From Candidatus Hydrogenedentota bacterium (GTDB lineage: Bacteria; Hydrogenedentota; Hydrogenedentia; Hydrogenedentales; SLHB01), in NCBI GenBank assembly GCA_035450225.1, contig DAOTMJ010000004.1:92578-156577 (forward strand): a stretch of DNA of 64,000 bases, given 5' to 3'. How positions within the stretch are numbered: the first letter of the stretch is position 1; every line of letters begins with the position of its first letter. The notes beneath the pieces were generated by a model. That model was given only the letters and a program-made list of their open reading frames with translations, was not told where the DNA came from and did not search any database. Made by a program: the position numbers and the translations under genes. This document shows positions 9,623 to 19,058 of the stretch, one piece after another.

Positions 9623-10353
9623 TGGACGTTGTCCTTGTGTGAATGATCGGTGTCGATCAGTCCATCCTTGAAATGAACGGTACGCTTGGCATAGGCGGCC
9701 ATATCGGGTTCATGGGTCACCATGACGATGGTGATTCCCTGTTCCCGGTTGAAAGCCGTCAGCAAATCCATGATCTCGACACTGCGCGCGGAATCCAGAT
9801 TGCCGGTCGGTTCGTCCGCCAGTAGGACCAACGGTTGCGTGACGATCGCACGCGCGATGGCGACCCGTTGCTGCTGGCCGCCTGACAGTTCGCCCGGCGT
9901 GTGGTGTTCCCAGCCGCTCAATCCCACGTCGCACATGGCCTGTCGGGCGCGCGCATGCCGCGTATGGGCTGCTTCACCGCGGTAGATCAATGGCAACTCG
10001 ACATTCTCGAGCGCCGAAGTACGATTCAGGAGATTGAAGCCCTGGAACACGAAGCCGAGGCAATGACGGCGCAACAGCGCCCGCTGATTGCGCGTGAGTT
10101 GGCCGACTTCGATGCCCTGAAAGCGATACGTACCGTCCGTGGGCGTGTCCAAACAGCCTAGAATGTTCATGCAGGTGCTCTTGCCCGACCCGCTCGGACC
10201 CATCACCGCGACGAACTCGCCCGGATAGATCCGCAAGTCCACACCGCGCAACGCTTCCATGGTGGCGGTGCCGGTCCCATAGACCTTGGTCACCCCCACG
10301 AGTTCGATGAGGGGCGCGTCGGTTGTGCCATGGCCATTCTTGTCGCTCATCAT
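9619..10353 (-). CDS. ABC transporter ATP-binding protein (MacB/LolD-type)
   Basis: Walker [10 protein letters not shown], signature [14 protein letters not shown], Walker [13 protein letters not shown]. Start trimmed to MMSDKNG, which overlaps the upstream stop (ATGA). Confidence 0.9.
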   Translation of the reverse strand: MMSDKNGHGTTDAPLIELVGVTKVYGTGTATMEALRGVDLRIYPGEFVAVMGPSGSGKSTCMNILGCLDTPTDGTYRFQGIEVGQLTRNQRALLRRHCLGFVFQGFNLLNRTSALENVELPLIYRGEAAHTRHARARQAMCDVGLSGWEHHTPGELSGGQQQRVAIARAIVTQPLVLLADEPTGNLDSARSVEIMDLLTAFNREQGITIVMVTHEPDMAAYAKRTVHFKDGLIDTDHSHKDNVQ

Positions 10354-11645
10354 TTCAACGTCGCCACTTCGGTCACCAGTTCCATGCCCGGTTCGAGTTC
10401 GCCAGCGACGATCTCCGTCACCTTCCCGTCGGTCATTCCCTTGGTAATCGCAATGGATACAAGTTGCCCATTGCGCACAGTCCACACGCACTGGTCCTTG
10501 TTCTTTGCTCTGGAGTCATCGCGCGGCGCCGCCTTTTCACGCGGCGGGTGTGGCAGGATTGCGCTCAGCAGACTGCCGCCGCCGGACTTCTTCGCCGTCT
10601 GTGTTTGAGGCGGCGAGAACCGCAACGCCGCATTCGGCGCCAGTAGCACATTCTCTCGTTTGTTTACTATCAACGAAGCCGTGGCCGTCATCCCCGGCCG
10701 CAGAGTCAGATCCGAATTGTCCACCTTCAATACCGTTTTGTACGTCACAACCCCATCGACCGTTTCCGAACCGAAACGCACTTGCGTAATCCGGGCCGGA
10801 AACACACGATCCGGGTAGGCATCCACGGTGAACGACGCCTCTTGGCCTTTCTTCACAAGTCCCACGTCGGCTTCATCGACATCCACCAGCAGTTGCATCT
10901 GTGCCAGATCCTCCGCCAGCGTAAAGAGCACGGGCGATTGGAACTGCGCGGCGACCGTCTGTCCCGGCTCGACCGAACGAGTCAGCACGACCCCGTTGAT
11001 GGGGGAATGAACAACGGCTTTCGCCAAGTCGGACTTGTTCGCGTCCAGAGTCGCTTGCGCTTGCGCCACGGCGGCTTTCGCGCTGGCTTCGTCGGCTTGC
11101 GCCCGCTCTTGAACGGCCTTCTGTGCATCGAAATCGTGTTGCGAAGGCATCTTGCCGCCGCTCTGTTCGCGGACCTCTTTCAGTCGGGCCATCTGGGCTT
11201 CTGTCTCTCGAACGGTCGCTTGCGCCTGAAGCAGTTTGGCGCGTGCGGCTTCGAGTGCGGCAGCGGACTGGAGCGATTGCGCCTCGAGTTTCGATGTGTC
11301 GAGCCGCGCCAAGACTTGGCCAACTTCGACCTCGTCGTTGTAATCGACATCTACGGACATGATCGTCCCCGATACTTCGATGCCGACCTCCACTTCCTTG
11401 ATCGGTTCCAGGGCGCCGGTTGCGCTTACCGTCACCACCAAGTCTCCCCGGGTTACGGGCTGCGTCTCATATTTCAAGGAACTCGATGCGGTCCTCGAGT
11501 GCCACGAGACGCCCGCAGCCAATGCCGCGGCTGCAATCCCGATTCCCAAGAAATATCGCAGCATGCGGGATCCGCGTGAACGGGACTTCCCCAGTCCAAG
11601 CATCTTGGCAACATTGGATTTCGGATCGGCACACGGATTCGTCAT
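10350..11645 (-). CDS. macA: Efflux periplasmic adaptor, HlyD/MacA family
   Basis: Signal/TM anchor, long coiled-coil (EAQ…AQA…), lipoyl and beta-barrel domains. Start set at MTNPCADP with AAGGAG 6 nt upstream. Confidence 0.85.
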   Translation of the reverse strand: MTNPCADPKSNVAKMLGLGKSRSRGSRMLRYFLGIGIAAAALAAGVSWHSRTASSSLKYETQPVTRGDLVVTVSATGALEPIKEVEVGIEVSGTIMSVDVDYNDEVEVGQVLARLDTSKLEAQSLQSAAALEAARAKLLQAQATVRETEAQMARLKEVREQSGGKMPSQHDFDAQKAVQERAQADEASAKAAVAQAQATLDANKSDLAKAVVHSPINGVVLTRSVEPGQTVAAQFQSPVLFTLAEDLAQMQLLVDVDEADVGLVKKGQEASFTVDAYPDRVFPARITQVRFGSETVDGVVTYKTVLKVDNSDLTLRPGMTATASLIVNKRENVLLAPNAALRFSPPQTQTAKKSGGGSLLSAILPHPPREKAAPRDDSRAKNKDQCVWTVRNGQLVSIAITKGMTDGKVTEIVAGELEPGMELVTEVATLK

Positions 11646-11655
11646 GGCATACTCC

Positions 11656-12339
11656 TTAATCATCGGCGTTATCGTTATTGACGGACGGCGCCGAGAACTC
11701 CATTTCGTACTTTTCCCGAATGGCCCGCACCCCGGCCAGGGAAAACCGCAAGATATGTTCTGCCAGCTGGTCCACGTTGCTTGCCGCGAGTCCAAAGACG
11801 ACGCGCGGCCCTTTGTCGCGCGGTCCCGGCGCTCCCATGAAACACTGGCCGACAATGCTCATCTCGCACCATGTCACATCGCGCTCCGGAACCTGAGGTC
11901 CCAGCAATTCGCGTAGGATTCCCAAGATCTGCTTCCTGCCATACGCCAGGCTCCGTTCCAGCAAGTCATCCAAGAGGCCCGTCGGCTCGAAAATCTCCCT
12001 CATGCGAATGTGGTGAAGATGGCCTAGACGCACCGGATCGAACATCCGGCTGAGGTGCGCATGGATAAACCCCTGGAGACGTTGCTCCGGTTCCGCCGTC
12101 TCCGGCACCCCTCCGCTCAAGGGATAAAAGGATTCAGCTTTTTCTTCCAGATGCTCGAAAACCGCACGATAGAGCGATTCCTTCGACTCGAAGTAATAAT
12201 TGATGGCCGCTACATTCGTGCCTGCCCGACGGCATATCTCCGCATGGGTGCCATCTCGGTAGCCCTTTTCGGAAAAGACCTTGCAGGCCGCCTCCAGAAT
12301 GCGATCTTTGGTTTCCTGCCCGCGTCTTTGATCGGTCAT
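11656..12339 (-). CDS. TetR/AcrR family transcriptional regulator (first gene of efflux operon)
   Basis: HTH region DRILEAACKVFSEKGYRDGTHAEICRRAGTNVAAINYYFESKESLY. Start set at MTDQ with GGAGGG upstream. Confidence 0.85.
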   Translation of the reverse strand: MTDQRRGQETKDRILEAACKVFSEKGYRDGTHAEICRRAGTNVAAINYYFESKESLYRAVFEHLEEKAESFYPLSGGVPETAEPEQRLQGFIHAHLSRMFDPVRLGHLHHIRMREIFEPTGLLDDLLERSLAYGRKQILGILRELLGPQVPERDVTWCEMSIVGQCFMGAPGPRDKGPRVVFGLAASNVDQLAEHILRFSLAGVRAIREKYEMEFSAPSVNNDNADD

Positions 12340-12368
12340 CTGCCAACCCTCCAAATCAAAATATGCAA

Positions 12369-12391
12369 TTCAATTATATATTTCAATTATA
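12369..12391. promoter_or_regulatory. AT-rich direct repeat TTCAATTATA-tat-TTCAATTATA, candidate TetR operator/promoter
   Basis: Two perfect 10-mers separated by 3 nt, immediately upstream of the TetR gene start in an AT-rich patch. Confidence 0.3.
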
Positions 12392-12625
12392 CAATAGATT
12401 CTTCGGCTTGTCAAGTTCTCGCGGAATCTCAACGGCGCGCCCTGGGCCGCCCATGCGGTTGAAGAGCTTGTTGTGGCCGAGGCAATAGTTCGCATTGTCC
12501 GACAGGCGTCTCGATCTTGGGTCCACTTCCGGTCTGTTGGACGCATGGGACTTTCCGTGGATCATGTCACACTATACGGTCACATGGGATTCCTTGGCCC
12601 GAAGCGACGCCCAAGTCTTCGCGGA

Positions 12626-12675
12626 TGGCGAACAAAGCAATCATACCCTTGATTGAGACTTTGCGACTGCGCCGC
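12626..12675. repeat. Degenerate partial copy (right palindrome arm plus tail) of the 2953/23053 repeat element
   Basis: ggcgaacaaagcaatcatacccttgattgagactttgcgactgcgccgcc versus gcggacaaagaaatcatatccttgattgaggcattgcagctaagccgcgt, about 75% identity. Also in a divergent intergenic region. Confidence 0.5.
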
Positions 12676-12800
12676 CTTGGGCTGGTTTTGTCCTTCTGGG
12701 GCAAACAGACACCTTGTTTTTGATGATGGCGCGGTTGTTGTCCGATAATGGGACGGGCAAACCGGCCTTTGTTCCCGTCGGAGCGAAAGGAGGTTTTGAC

Positions 12801-13151
12801 ATGCCGGGAATCAGGAAGTCGGATCTGAAGATGTCCATTCGCGAACAGGCCAGGCAGAAGGTGCGTCCGGTAAGCGGCAACATCGGCGCCGACCGCGTGT
12901 ATCGCGAGAAAGTGGAGGCGGGCCGCCGGCATTTTTTGGAGGTGTCCGCCGAGGGCGGCGACCCGCGCGGAAAGAAAATCAAGGGCGAATTGACCTATCT
13001 GCTCAACAACTACCTGCCGTCGTACGATACCCGCATCGAACAATTGATCGACGCATGGCGGCGATCGGGCGATCCGTCCTATGACGCGAGTATCCGAGTG
13101 AAACTGCGCCAGGCAAGGCTCAAATACCAGAGTCAGAGCAAGCCCATCTGA
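12801..13151 (+). CDS. Hypothetical protein (116 aa, basic)
   Basis: Track ORF 12714..13151 trimmed to MPGIRKSDLK, with AAGGAGG 7 nt upstream. No recognised domain. Confidence 0.5.
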   Translation: MPGIRKSDLKMSIREQARQKVRPVSGNIGADRVYREKVEAGRRHFLEVSAEGGDPRGKKIKGELTYLLNNYLPSYDTRIEQLIDAWRRSGDPSYDASIRVKLRQARLKYQSQSKPI

Positions 13152-13160
13152 AGGAGACCC

Positions 13161-13661
13161 TCAGCCGGCCGGTTGCGCGGGGAACCCGGACAATCGGGCG
13201 GGCCAATCCGCGGGCAACACCCCGTGATCGCGGATGACGATGCGGCGTTGTCCTTCCGCGGCGTGCGCAAACGTGAGGTCGAGACGGCGATCGGGAAGCC
13301 ATTCCTCCGCCCGTTCGGCCCACTCGACAAGGCTGATTCCGTCCGGATCGAAAAGATCCTCGTATCCAAGATCGGTCAGTTCCGCCGCCGCCGAAAGCCG
13401 GTACAGATCGACGTGATAAAGGCACGGCGCGCTTCCGTATTGATTGACGAGCGTGAACGTGGGACTGCTGACGTGTTCGGCGCGGCCGTAATGACGCGCC
13501 ACGCCCCGCACAAAACAGGTTTTGCCCGCGGCAAGCGGCCCGTGCAGCGCCACAACCGTACCGGCCGGAATCAGGCCCGCAAGGGCACAGCCCAACGATT
13601 CGGTCTCTTCCGGATTTCGGGTGACCAGGACACGTTCCAATCCTTCAGAAGGCATTTCCAA
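13161..13661 (-). CDS. tsaE: tRNA threonylcarbamoyladenosine biosynthesis protein TsaE
   Basis: Walker A-like LHGPLAAGKTCFVRGVA plus the conserved SPTFTLVNQY…HVDLYRL block of the YjeE/TsaE family. Confidence 0.8.
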   Translation of the reverse strand: MEMPSEGLERVLVTRNPEETESLGCALAGLIPAGTVVALHGPLAAGKTCFVRGVARHYGRAEHVSSPTFTLVNQYGSAPCLYHVDLYRLSAAAELTDLGYEDLFDPDGISLVEWAERAEEWLPDRRLDLTFAHAAEGQRRIVIRDHGVLPADWPARLSGFPAQPAG

Positions 13662-13743
13662 TTAGGCAGCCTCCGGTTCAAGAATGCGAAGGAGGGGCGC
13701 GTACCGGTCCGCTGCTGAAGCCTGTCGCCGGGAGGGGGGCATG

Positions 13744-14760
13744 TCACTTGGCCGGCGCTTCAAGCGCCTGCATGCGCTCAATGGTTCGCGGTTGATCGGT
13801 TTTCAGTTCAAGCGAACGGGCATACGCGTTGCGCGCGCGGTCGTTCATGCCAAGTTGTGCGGCGACGTCTCCGATGAAATTGAACACGGTCTCGTCGTCC
13901 GGCGCGAGCCGCGCGGACCGTTCGGCGGCTTCCAGCGCGTCCTGCAGCCGCTGGGCGCGCAGCATGACTTTCGCATACGCCATGGCGTCTTCGGCGGTGT
14001 CGGGCGCAATGCGTCGGGCATCGAGAAGACGATCCACGGCCTCCTTGATACTGTCGGTGTATTCATCCGCATATTCGGGGGACGGCGGGCCAAGGGCTTC
14101 GAGATCGGCGTTGCCGTCCCGCACGCGCCCGGTTTGGATTTTCAGCGCCGCCATGGCCAAGCGGGCGCCCCAATGCGACGGTTCGCTTTCCAAGGCCTTT
14201 TCGAGCGCTTCTGCGGCCAAATCGGACAAGCCTTCCTTTCGGTATACGCGGCTCATTAAAAAATGGATGTCGCCATCCGGGGATAATTGCAGCGCGCGCC
14301 GCAGCGCGGCCAAGGCCTCAGGCGCCCGGAAATGTCCCGGCGCGGACAAATTGCGTCCGAGTTCTTTCCATGCGCAAGCATCGTCCGGTTTCAAATCCGT
14401 CAGCCTTCGCCACGTTTCCGAGGAAAGATCATATTCTCCGGCGGCGGAAAGCATTTCGGCGAATTCGCGCAACACCTGAGGATCCCTCGAAGCGCCGGCC
14501 CCCGCTTGTTCATAGCATCTGACAGCTTGTTTCAGGGAATCGTTCGCTTTGTCCGCCTGTTGCTGAAGCGCGGCGGGATCCTCTTGTCCCTGGGGGGCGG
14601 CCACGGCCGCCTTGTCCGCGCGATATTGCGCCCATGCGGACCGTGCGGCGGTGAAATCGTTTGCGGGGTGGCATGAAACACAAAGCAATAGGCCCGCAAC
14701 ACCCGTTTTCCCGACACAAAAAAGGCGGGACATCAAAACCGTACGGATTTTCTCCACCAT
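13744..14760 (-). CDS. Tetratricopeptide-repeat protein with signal peptide
   Basis: N-terminal hydrophobic signal and multiple TPR-like A/L/Y-rich repeats. Confidence 0.7.
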   Translation of the reverse strand: MVEKIRTVLMSRLFCVGKTGVAGLLLCVSCHPANDFTAARSAWAQYRADKAAVAAPQGQEDPAALQQQADKANDSLKQAVRCYEQAGAGASRDPQVLREFAEMLSAAGEYDLSSETWRRLTDLKPDDACAWKELGRNLSAPGHFRAPEALAALRRALQLSPDGDIHFLMSRVYRKEGLSDLAAEALEKALESEPSHWGARLAMAALKIQTGRVRDGNADLEALGPPSPEYADEYTDSIKEAVDRLLDARRIAPDTAEDAMAYAKVMLRAQRLQDALEAAERSARLAPDDETVFNFIGDVAAQLGMNDRARNAYARSLELKTDQPRTIERMQALEAPAK

Positions 14761-15740
14761 TATCCTTGGAGCATGACGCGGCGGATTATCTTCTGGCTTT
14801 CGACGGCATCAAGCGTACGCTGGGCCTTGCGAAGCTCCGCGATGTCTAATTTTTCTAGTTTTTTCCAAAAAATCGAGAGATTGCCCACCGCAATTTGGCA
14901 CGCATGGCATGGATCCATCCGGTGCGGGAGCATGTCGAGAATGGCATATCCTTTATAGCGCGCAATTTTGAGATAAAGCAGCGCTTCCATGATTTCCCAC
15001 ATGTTGACGCTGCCCGGTATCATCATGTCGTCGGTCAGGCGGTACGAATCGCTGAAATACATCTGAAACAGTTTGTTGGCCCGTGTCAGGAAGGCGATGG
15101 ATTCTGCGGGATTCTCTCCCGCCATCAGCGCATGGGAAAAATTCATGGCCACGCCGACATTCTTCATCGCGATTTCCTGGCAGAGGCTAAGCGACTTGCC
15201 CACCGAAGCGATGGTCAAATATTTGCGGGGTTCGCGCGGCTTGTAGGCGATCGCCACATTGATGTCCGGCGAGGCGTACTTGGCGATGGTTTTAATGGAC
15301 GAAATAACCGTGTTCCAATGGGTTGCATAGTCTACATGGAAGGGATAATCGAAACCATCCGTATAAAGCCGCAGCGTTACTTCGGTCGCACCCAGTTGCC
15401 GGGCGATGTCGGACGCTTTACGGCCTTCCTCGATGGCGATGTTTCGTGTCTTGGGATGTTGATGACCGAACGCGCTCAACGCAAACCGTTTGTCCTGCAT
15501 GAAATTGACCGACACCCCCGAACAGAGTAATCCATATTCCTTCAACACCCGTTTGAGTTCACGGACAGGAAAATCGGGCGTTACATCGGTCTGCGCAATC
15601 TCTACCGCCTTCAGGCCCTTGATTTTTGCGGCCATCGCAAGGCGATCCTGCACCCGGGGCATCTCGCGAAATCCTTCGGGCGTCGTCGGATCCACCCCGC
15701 TCGCAAAAATCCACAACCCCGCTGAAATCCGAAGGCTCAT
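14760..15740 (-). CDS. Sugar phosphate isomerase/epimerase (xylose isomerase-like TIM barrel)
   Basis: MSLRISAGLWIF… N-terminus and TIM-barrel pattern typical of the AP_endonuc_2 family. The track ORF begins with an upstream GTG at 15833, so the start is uncertain. Confidence 0.7.
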   Translation of the reverse strand: MSLRISAGLWIFASGVDPTTPEGFREMPRVQDRLAMAAKIKGLKAVEIAQTDVTPDFPVRELKRVLKEYGLLCSGVSVNFMQDKRFALSAFGHQHPKTRNIAIEEGRKASDIARQLGATEVTLRLYTDGFDYPFHVDYATHWNTVISSIKTIAKYASPDINVAIAYKPREPRKYLTIASVGKSLSLCQEIAMKNVGVAMNFSHALMAGENPAESIAFLTRANKLFQMYFSDSYRLTDDMMIPGSVNMWEIMEALLYLKIARYKGYAILDMLPHRMDPCHACQIAVGNLSIFWKKLEKLDIAELRKAQRTLDAVESQKIIRRVMLQG

Positions 15741-16142
15741 CCGGCTGTCCCGTGATGCTACGTGATCGGCGACCATGCCGGGATCGTCGCCTGCGGCTGA
15801 ACTATTTTGCGTCTTGGTATCCACTGGGTTCACTAATCCATGCGCCTACATGCGCGTTGCATGTCCAATCGTTCCATTGGACACGGTCAAGCGGAACAAC
15901 ATCCTCACTTTTCTCTGAACTTCCGCGTTGGGGTTATTTTAGATGATAATTACGCCATTGTCAATACTTTTCATGGAATTTATTGCCTTGATAAGAGAAT
16001 AAATTGATATTTGTGATAAATAATAAAACCATAAACTCCACTTTTGGTCATTAAACTGCCAATAATTATGGAAAAACATCAGCCTCAATAACGTATAAGT
16101 CTTTTTATTTCAATGTGTTGTATTGCGGTATTAAGAGGCAGG

Positions 16143-16197
16143 AAAAAAAAGGAGGCGAGTGCGGGCAGCGGGGGGACTGCCACGAAGCGCACTCGCC
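16143..16197 (-). terminator. Strong intrinsic terminator on the minus strand (10-bp GC stem with nested stem, then U8)
   Basis: Plus strand reads aaaaaaaa-gga-GGCGAGTGCG-ggcag-cgggggga-ctgcc-acgaag-CGCACTCGCC, so on the minus strand the hairpin is followed by TTTTTTTT. No minus-strand protein gene lies upstream of it. Confidence 0.55.
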
Positions 16198-16316
16198 GGT
16201 GGTGGGAACCAGTCATTGCTGACTGTGGCTGTGAGTACAAGCTGGGGGAAAGGCTTCGCTCACAGCTGTCTATGGAACACCGCATGTTCCAAAATCTATT
16301 CCCGATAAAATTTTTT

Positions 16317-16332
16317 TGGAACCGCCGTTGCC
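16317..16332 (+). promoter_or_regulatory. Sigma-54-like -24/-12 element TGGAAC-N5-TTGCC upstream of the HEAT-repeat gene
   Basis: GG and GC dinucleotides spaced exactly as in TGGCAC-N5-TTGCW. Lies 55 nt upstream of the start codon. No enhancer-binding-protein gene was seen nearby. Confidence 0.25.
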
Positions 16333-16389
16333 GTTTGACATTGGCGGAAACCTTTATCAAGATTATACCATGAAATCGGGGATTGTGTG

Positions 16390-17430
16390 ATGCGGTGGTG
16401 TCTGTACGGAATAATGCTGGTTCAGATTGTTACATCGGCGGAGGATGAAGCCGTGGCCCGGCGGACGGCGGATCGCGCGATGGAATTGATGCGCCGTGGT
16501 TCGGTGGACTGGGTCGTCTTTTCCGTTTCATCGGGCATGCCTTCGGTTCCGCGTCCGCAGACGGCTTCGCCCGTTCTTGAGGAAACCGCGCAGGCCGAGG
16601 ATCCGGAAACGCGTTTTCAAGCGTTGGAGGCGCTTTCGGAATCTGGAAATCCTGATTACCTGGATCGTTTTCTGGTTGCGCTGAACGATCCATCGCCGCC
16701 CATTCGCGAATTGGCGGCGGGGTATCTCGCGAAACAGGACGCGGGTCAAGTCTTTGCGCGGCTCATGGAATTGTTTGCGCGCGGGGGCGGCGAAGCATTG
16801 GCCCGGCTCGATCCGGCCATCCCTCTCTTGGGGGCAAGATTTGAGCCGCGATTCATGGAAGCGCTTGCGGATCCGGACGAGACGCCCGCGCGCAAGCGGA
16901 TCGCCGCCCATTGCCTGGGCCGGATGAACAGTGTCGCGGCGATACCGGCGCTGGCGGAATGCGCGTGGAATTCGGACGAGGCGACGGCCCTGGCCTGCAT
17001 ACAGGCTTTGCTGGCCGTTCGGGATCCGATAATCATCGCACGGCTGGGCGAATTGGCGGGGCATTCGCTTCCGAGCATCCGCAAGGCAGCCATTGAAGGG
17101 CTTGCCGATGCAGGCGGGCCGGAGGCGTTTGACGTGCTGGGACGGCTGGCCATGGCGCCTCCGGACGGCAACGAGGAAACAGCACGCGAGGCGGTGTTGG
17201 CGCTGGGCGCGATGAACACGGAAGCCGCCATTCCGCTCTTGATCGAAATCATGCGGACCAACGTGGCGGCACGGCGGACGGCCGTGCAGGTCCTGCGCCA
17301 ATTGACCGGCGACGATGCCGGCGATCAGCCCTCCGAGTGGCAGGCGTGGTACGAGCGGCGGATCAAGGCCCTGCAACAGCAGATCGAGCAGGAGCAAAAA
17401 TCACTTTACGATGTCGAATACATGAAATGA
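16390..17430 (+). CDS. HEAT-repeat (PBS-lyase-type) protein
   Basis: Repeated …AAxALGxxxxxxAIPxLxxLLxDxDxxVRxxAAxAL… units. The track start is GTG at 16387. The ATG at 16390 was chosen. Confidence 0.75.
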   Translation: MRWCLYGIMLVQIVTSAEDEAVARRTADRAMELMRRGSVDWVVFSVSSGMPSVPRPQTASPVLEETAQAEDPETRFQALEALSESGNPDYLDRFLVALNDPSPPIRELAAGYLAKQDAGQVFARLMELFARGGGEALARLDPAIPLLGARFEPRFMEALADPDETPARKRIAAHCLGRMNSVAAIPALAECAWNSDEATALACIQALLAVRDPIIIARLGELAGHSLPSIRKAAIEGLADAGGPEAFDVLGRLAMAPPDGNEETAREAVLALGAMNTEAAIPLLIEIMRTNVAARRTAVQVLRQLTGDDAGDQPSEWQAWYERRIKALQQQIEQEQKSLYDVEYMK

Positions 17431-17454
17431 GCCGGAAGGCACAGGGAGTAAATT

Positions 17455-18570
17455 TTGAAAGAGTCATGGGACGCCACAGCAATCCGCCCGCGCGTGATGT
17501 CCGTGGACGCGCTGCGCGGCTTCGACATGTTCTGGATCATGGGCGGCGGCGAGGCGGTCAAGCAGTTCATCCGGCTGTTCGGCGATCCGATGCCGGCCGG
17601 CATAGCGCGCCAGTTCAGCCATGTCGAGTGGGAAGGATTCGCGGCGTGGGATTTGATCATGCCGCTGTTCCTGTTCATCGTGGGCGTGGCGATGCCGTTT
17701 TCGGTGGGCCGGCGCATCGAACGGGGCGACACGCGCGCCGGCATATACCGGCACACGGCCCGGCGCGTCATCGTTTTGTTCATTCTTGGCATGATTGCGC
17801 AGGGCCACCTACTGACTTTCGATCTCGATCGCATTCACATCTACTGCAACACGTTGCAGGCGATTGCCGCCGGCTATCTCGTCGCGACGATGGCGCTGGT
17901 TCACCTGCGCATCGCGGGGCAGGCGGCCTTGTGCGCGGCGCTGCTGATCGGATTTTGGCTGATCATGATTCTTGTGCCCGTGCCGGGGCACGGCGCGGGC
18001 GTGCTGACGCCCGACGGCAATCTGGCGATGTTCATTGACGAGGCCGTGCTGGGCCGGTTTCGCGATGGCACACATTACACGTGGATCCTCAGCAGCATGG
18101 GGTTCGCGGGGTCGGTGCTGTTGGGCATGTTCGGCGGACATATCCTGAAATCGGAGCGTCTCACGCAAGGCCGCAAGGCCTTCGCGCTGGTGGGCATGGG
18201 CGTGGCATTGACGGCCGGGGGATTGATTTGGAGCCTCTGGTTTCCGATCATCAAGCATATCTGGACCAGTTCCTTCGTGCTGTTTGCCGCAGGACTGAGT
18301 TATCTTTTGCTGGCGGCGTTCTACACGGTCATGGATGTGTTTGGACACAAAACGTGGGCGTTTCCCTTTGCAGTCATCGGCGCGAACGCCCTGCTGGCCT
18401 ATCTGGCCGAAGGACTTGTCAGCGCGCATGGCATCGCGGCGTGGTTGTTCGGTGAAAGCGCCCGCGAATGGCCCGCAATGTATTCATTCCCCTTTGCGCT
18501 GCTGGTATTCGTCCTGTTGTGGATCGGCCTTTACGTCCTTTACCGGAAACGAGTCTTCGTCCGCGTGTGA
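17455..18570 (+). CDS. DUF5009/HGSNAT-like acyltransferase-family membrane protein
   Basis: MSVDALRGFDMFWIMGG motif then about 10 TM helices, typical of the heparan-alpha-glucosaminide N-acetyltransferase-like family. The start may be the internal M at 17497. Confidence 0.7.
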   Translation: MKESWDATAIRPRVMSVDALRGFDMFWIMGGGEAVKQFIRLFGDPMPAGIARQFSHVEWEGFAAWDLIMPLFLFIVGVAMPFSVGRRIERGDTRAGIYRHTARRVIVLFILGMIAQGHLLTFDLDRIHIYCNTLQAIAAGYLVATMALVHLRIAGQAALCAALLIGFWLIMILVPVPGHGAGVLTPDGNLAMFIDEAVLGRFRDGTHYTWILSSMGFAGSVLLGMFGGHILKSERLTQGRKAFALVGMGVALTAGGLIWSLWFPIIKHIWTSSFVLFAAGLSYLLLAAFYTVMDVFGHKTWAFPFAVIGANALLAYLAEGLVSAHGIAAWLFGESAREWPAMYSFPFALLVFVLLWIGLYVLYRKRVFVRV

Positions 18571-18796
18571 TGCGGGCATCGTTTTCGCTCCATTCTTTGA
18601 AACCCTCCCGGTCCCAATTGCCGCATGCAGAAAGCCATTTTGCGTAAAATAGACCACGGTTTTTCGGGATAGCGTTCTTGGGATACCGCGTCTTCGCGAT
18701 GAAGAAGAAGTTTCCCCGATCTCTTTTATTTTGGACAACACTGACAGGCGGATTTGAGTTTGGAATTACCTGGCCCGAACATCCATGTCCTGTTTT

Positions 18797-18870
18797 CCAT
18801 CTGCGTGCATCTGCGTCATCGGCGGATCGTGTGGTCTTCCGCCGATGACGCAGATACGCGCAGATATCGA
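18797..18870. repeat. Long imperfect palindrome (perfect 15-bp core arms 18812-18826/18838-18852, 11-nt loop) with internal direct repeat CATCTGCGTG/CATCTGCGTC
   Basis: tgcgtcatcggcgga-tcgtgtggtct-tccgccgatgacgca, extended to arms of about 30 bp with a few mismatches. Sits in a 490-bp convergent spacer and has no flanking U-tract. Confidence 0.6.
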
Positions 18871-19058
18871 AAAGATGAACGGGATAACGAGGTCAAACGT
18901 GATTCCTTGCGGTATTGTGGCTTTTTTACAATTCTTTTAGACAGCAATGAATTGAAATCAGCCGTCGTGAACGAATTTTTCGTCCATGAGACACCTCCGA
19001 TTTCCACTGCCGAATTCAGGTTGAAACGCGCCTCCTGTATTACCTACAGCCGGAGTTG

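Larger units (their letters stand above)
16143..16354 (-). ncRNA. Candidate small RNA (about 210 nt) between an extended -10 promoter and the intrinsic terminator
   Basis: Minus-strand extended -10 TGgTATAAT (plus coordinates 16362-16370) with an ATCACA -35-like hexamer and a 17-nt spacer. The transcript would contain several stable hairpins (gctgtgag/ctcacagc, ggaac/gttcc, ccgcc/ggcgg). No ORF longer than 15 aa. It abuts a 200-bp AT-rich (about 30% GC) island. Confidence 0.3.

Noticed and set aside
16085-16360. 91-aa minus ORF in the AT-rich island
   Set aside because: It contains the terminator hairpin and U-tract within its coding sequence and has no RBS. The locus is better explained as non-coding RNA plus terminator.
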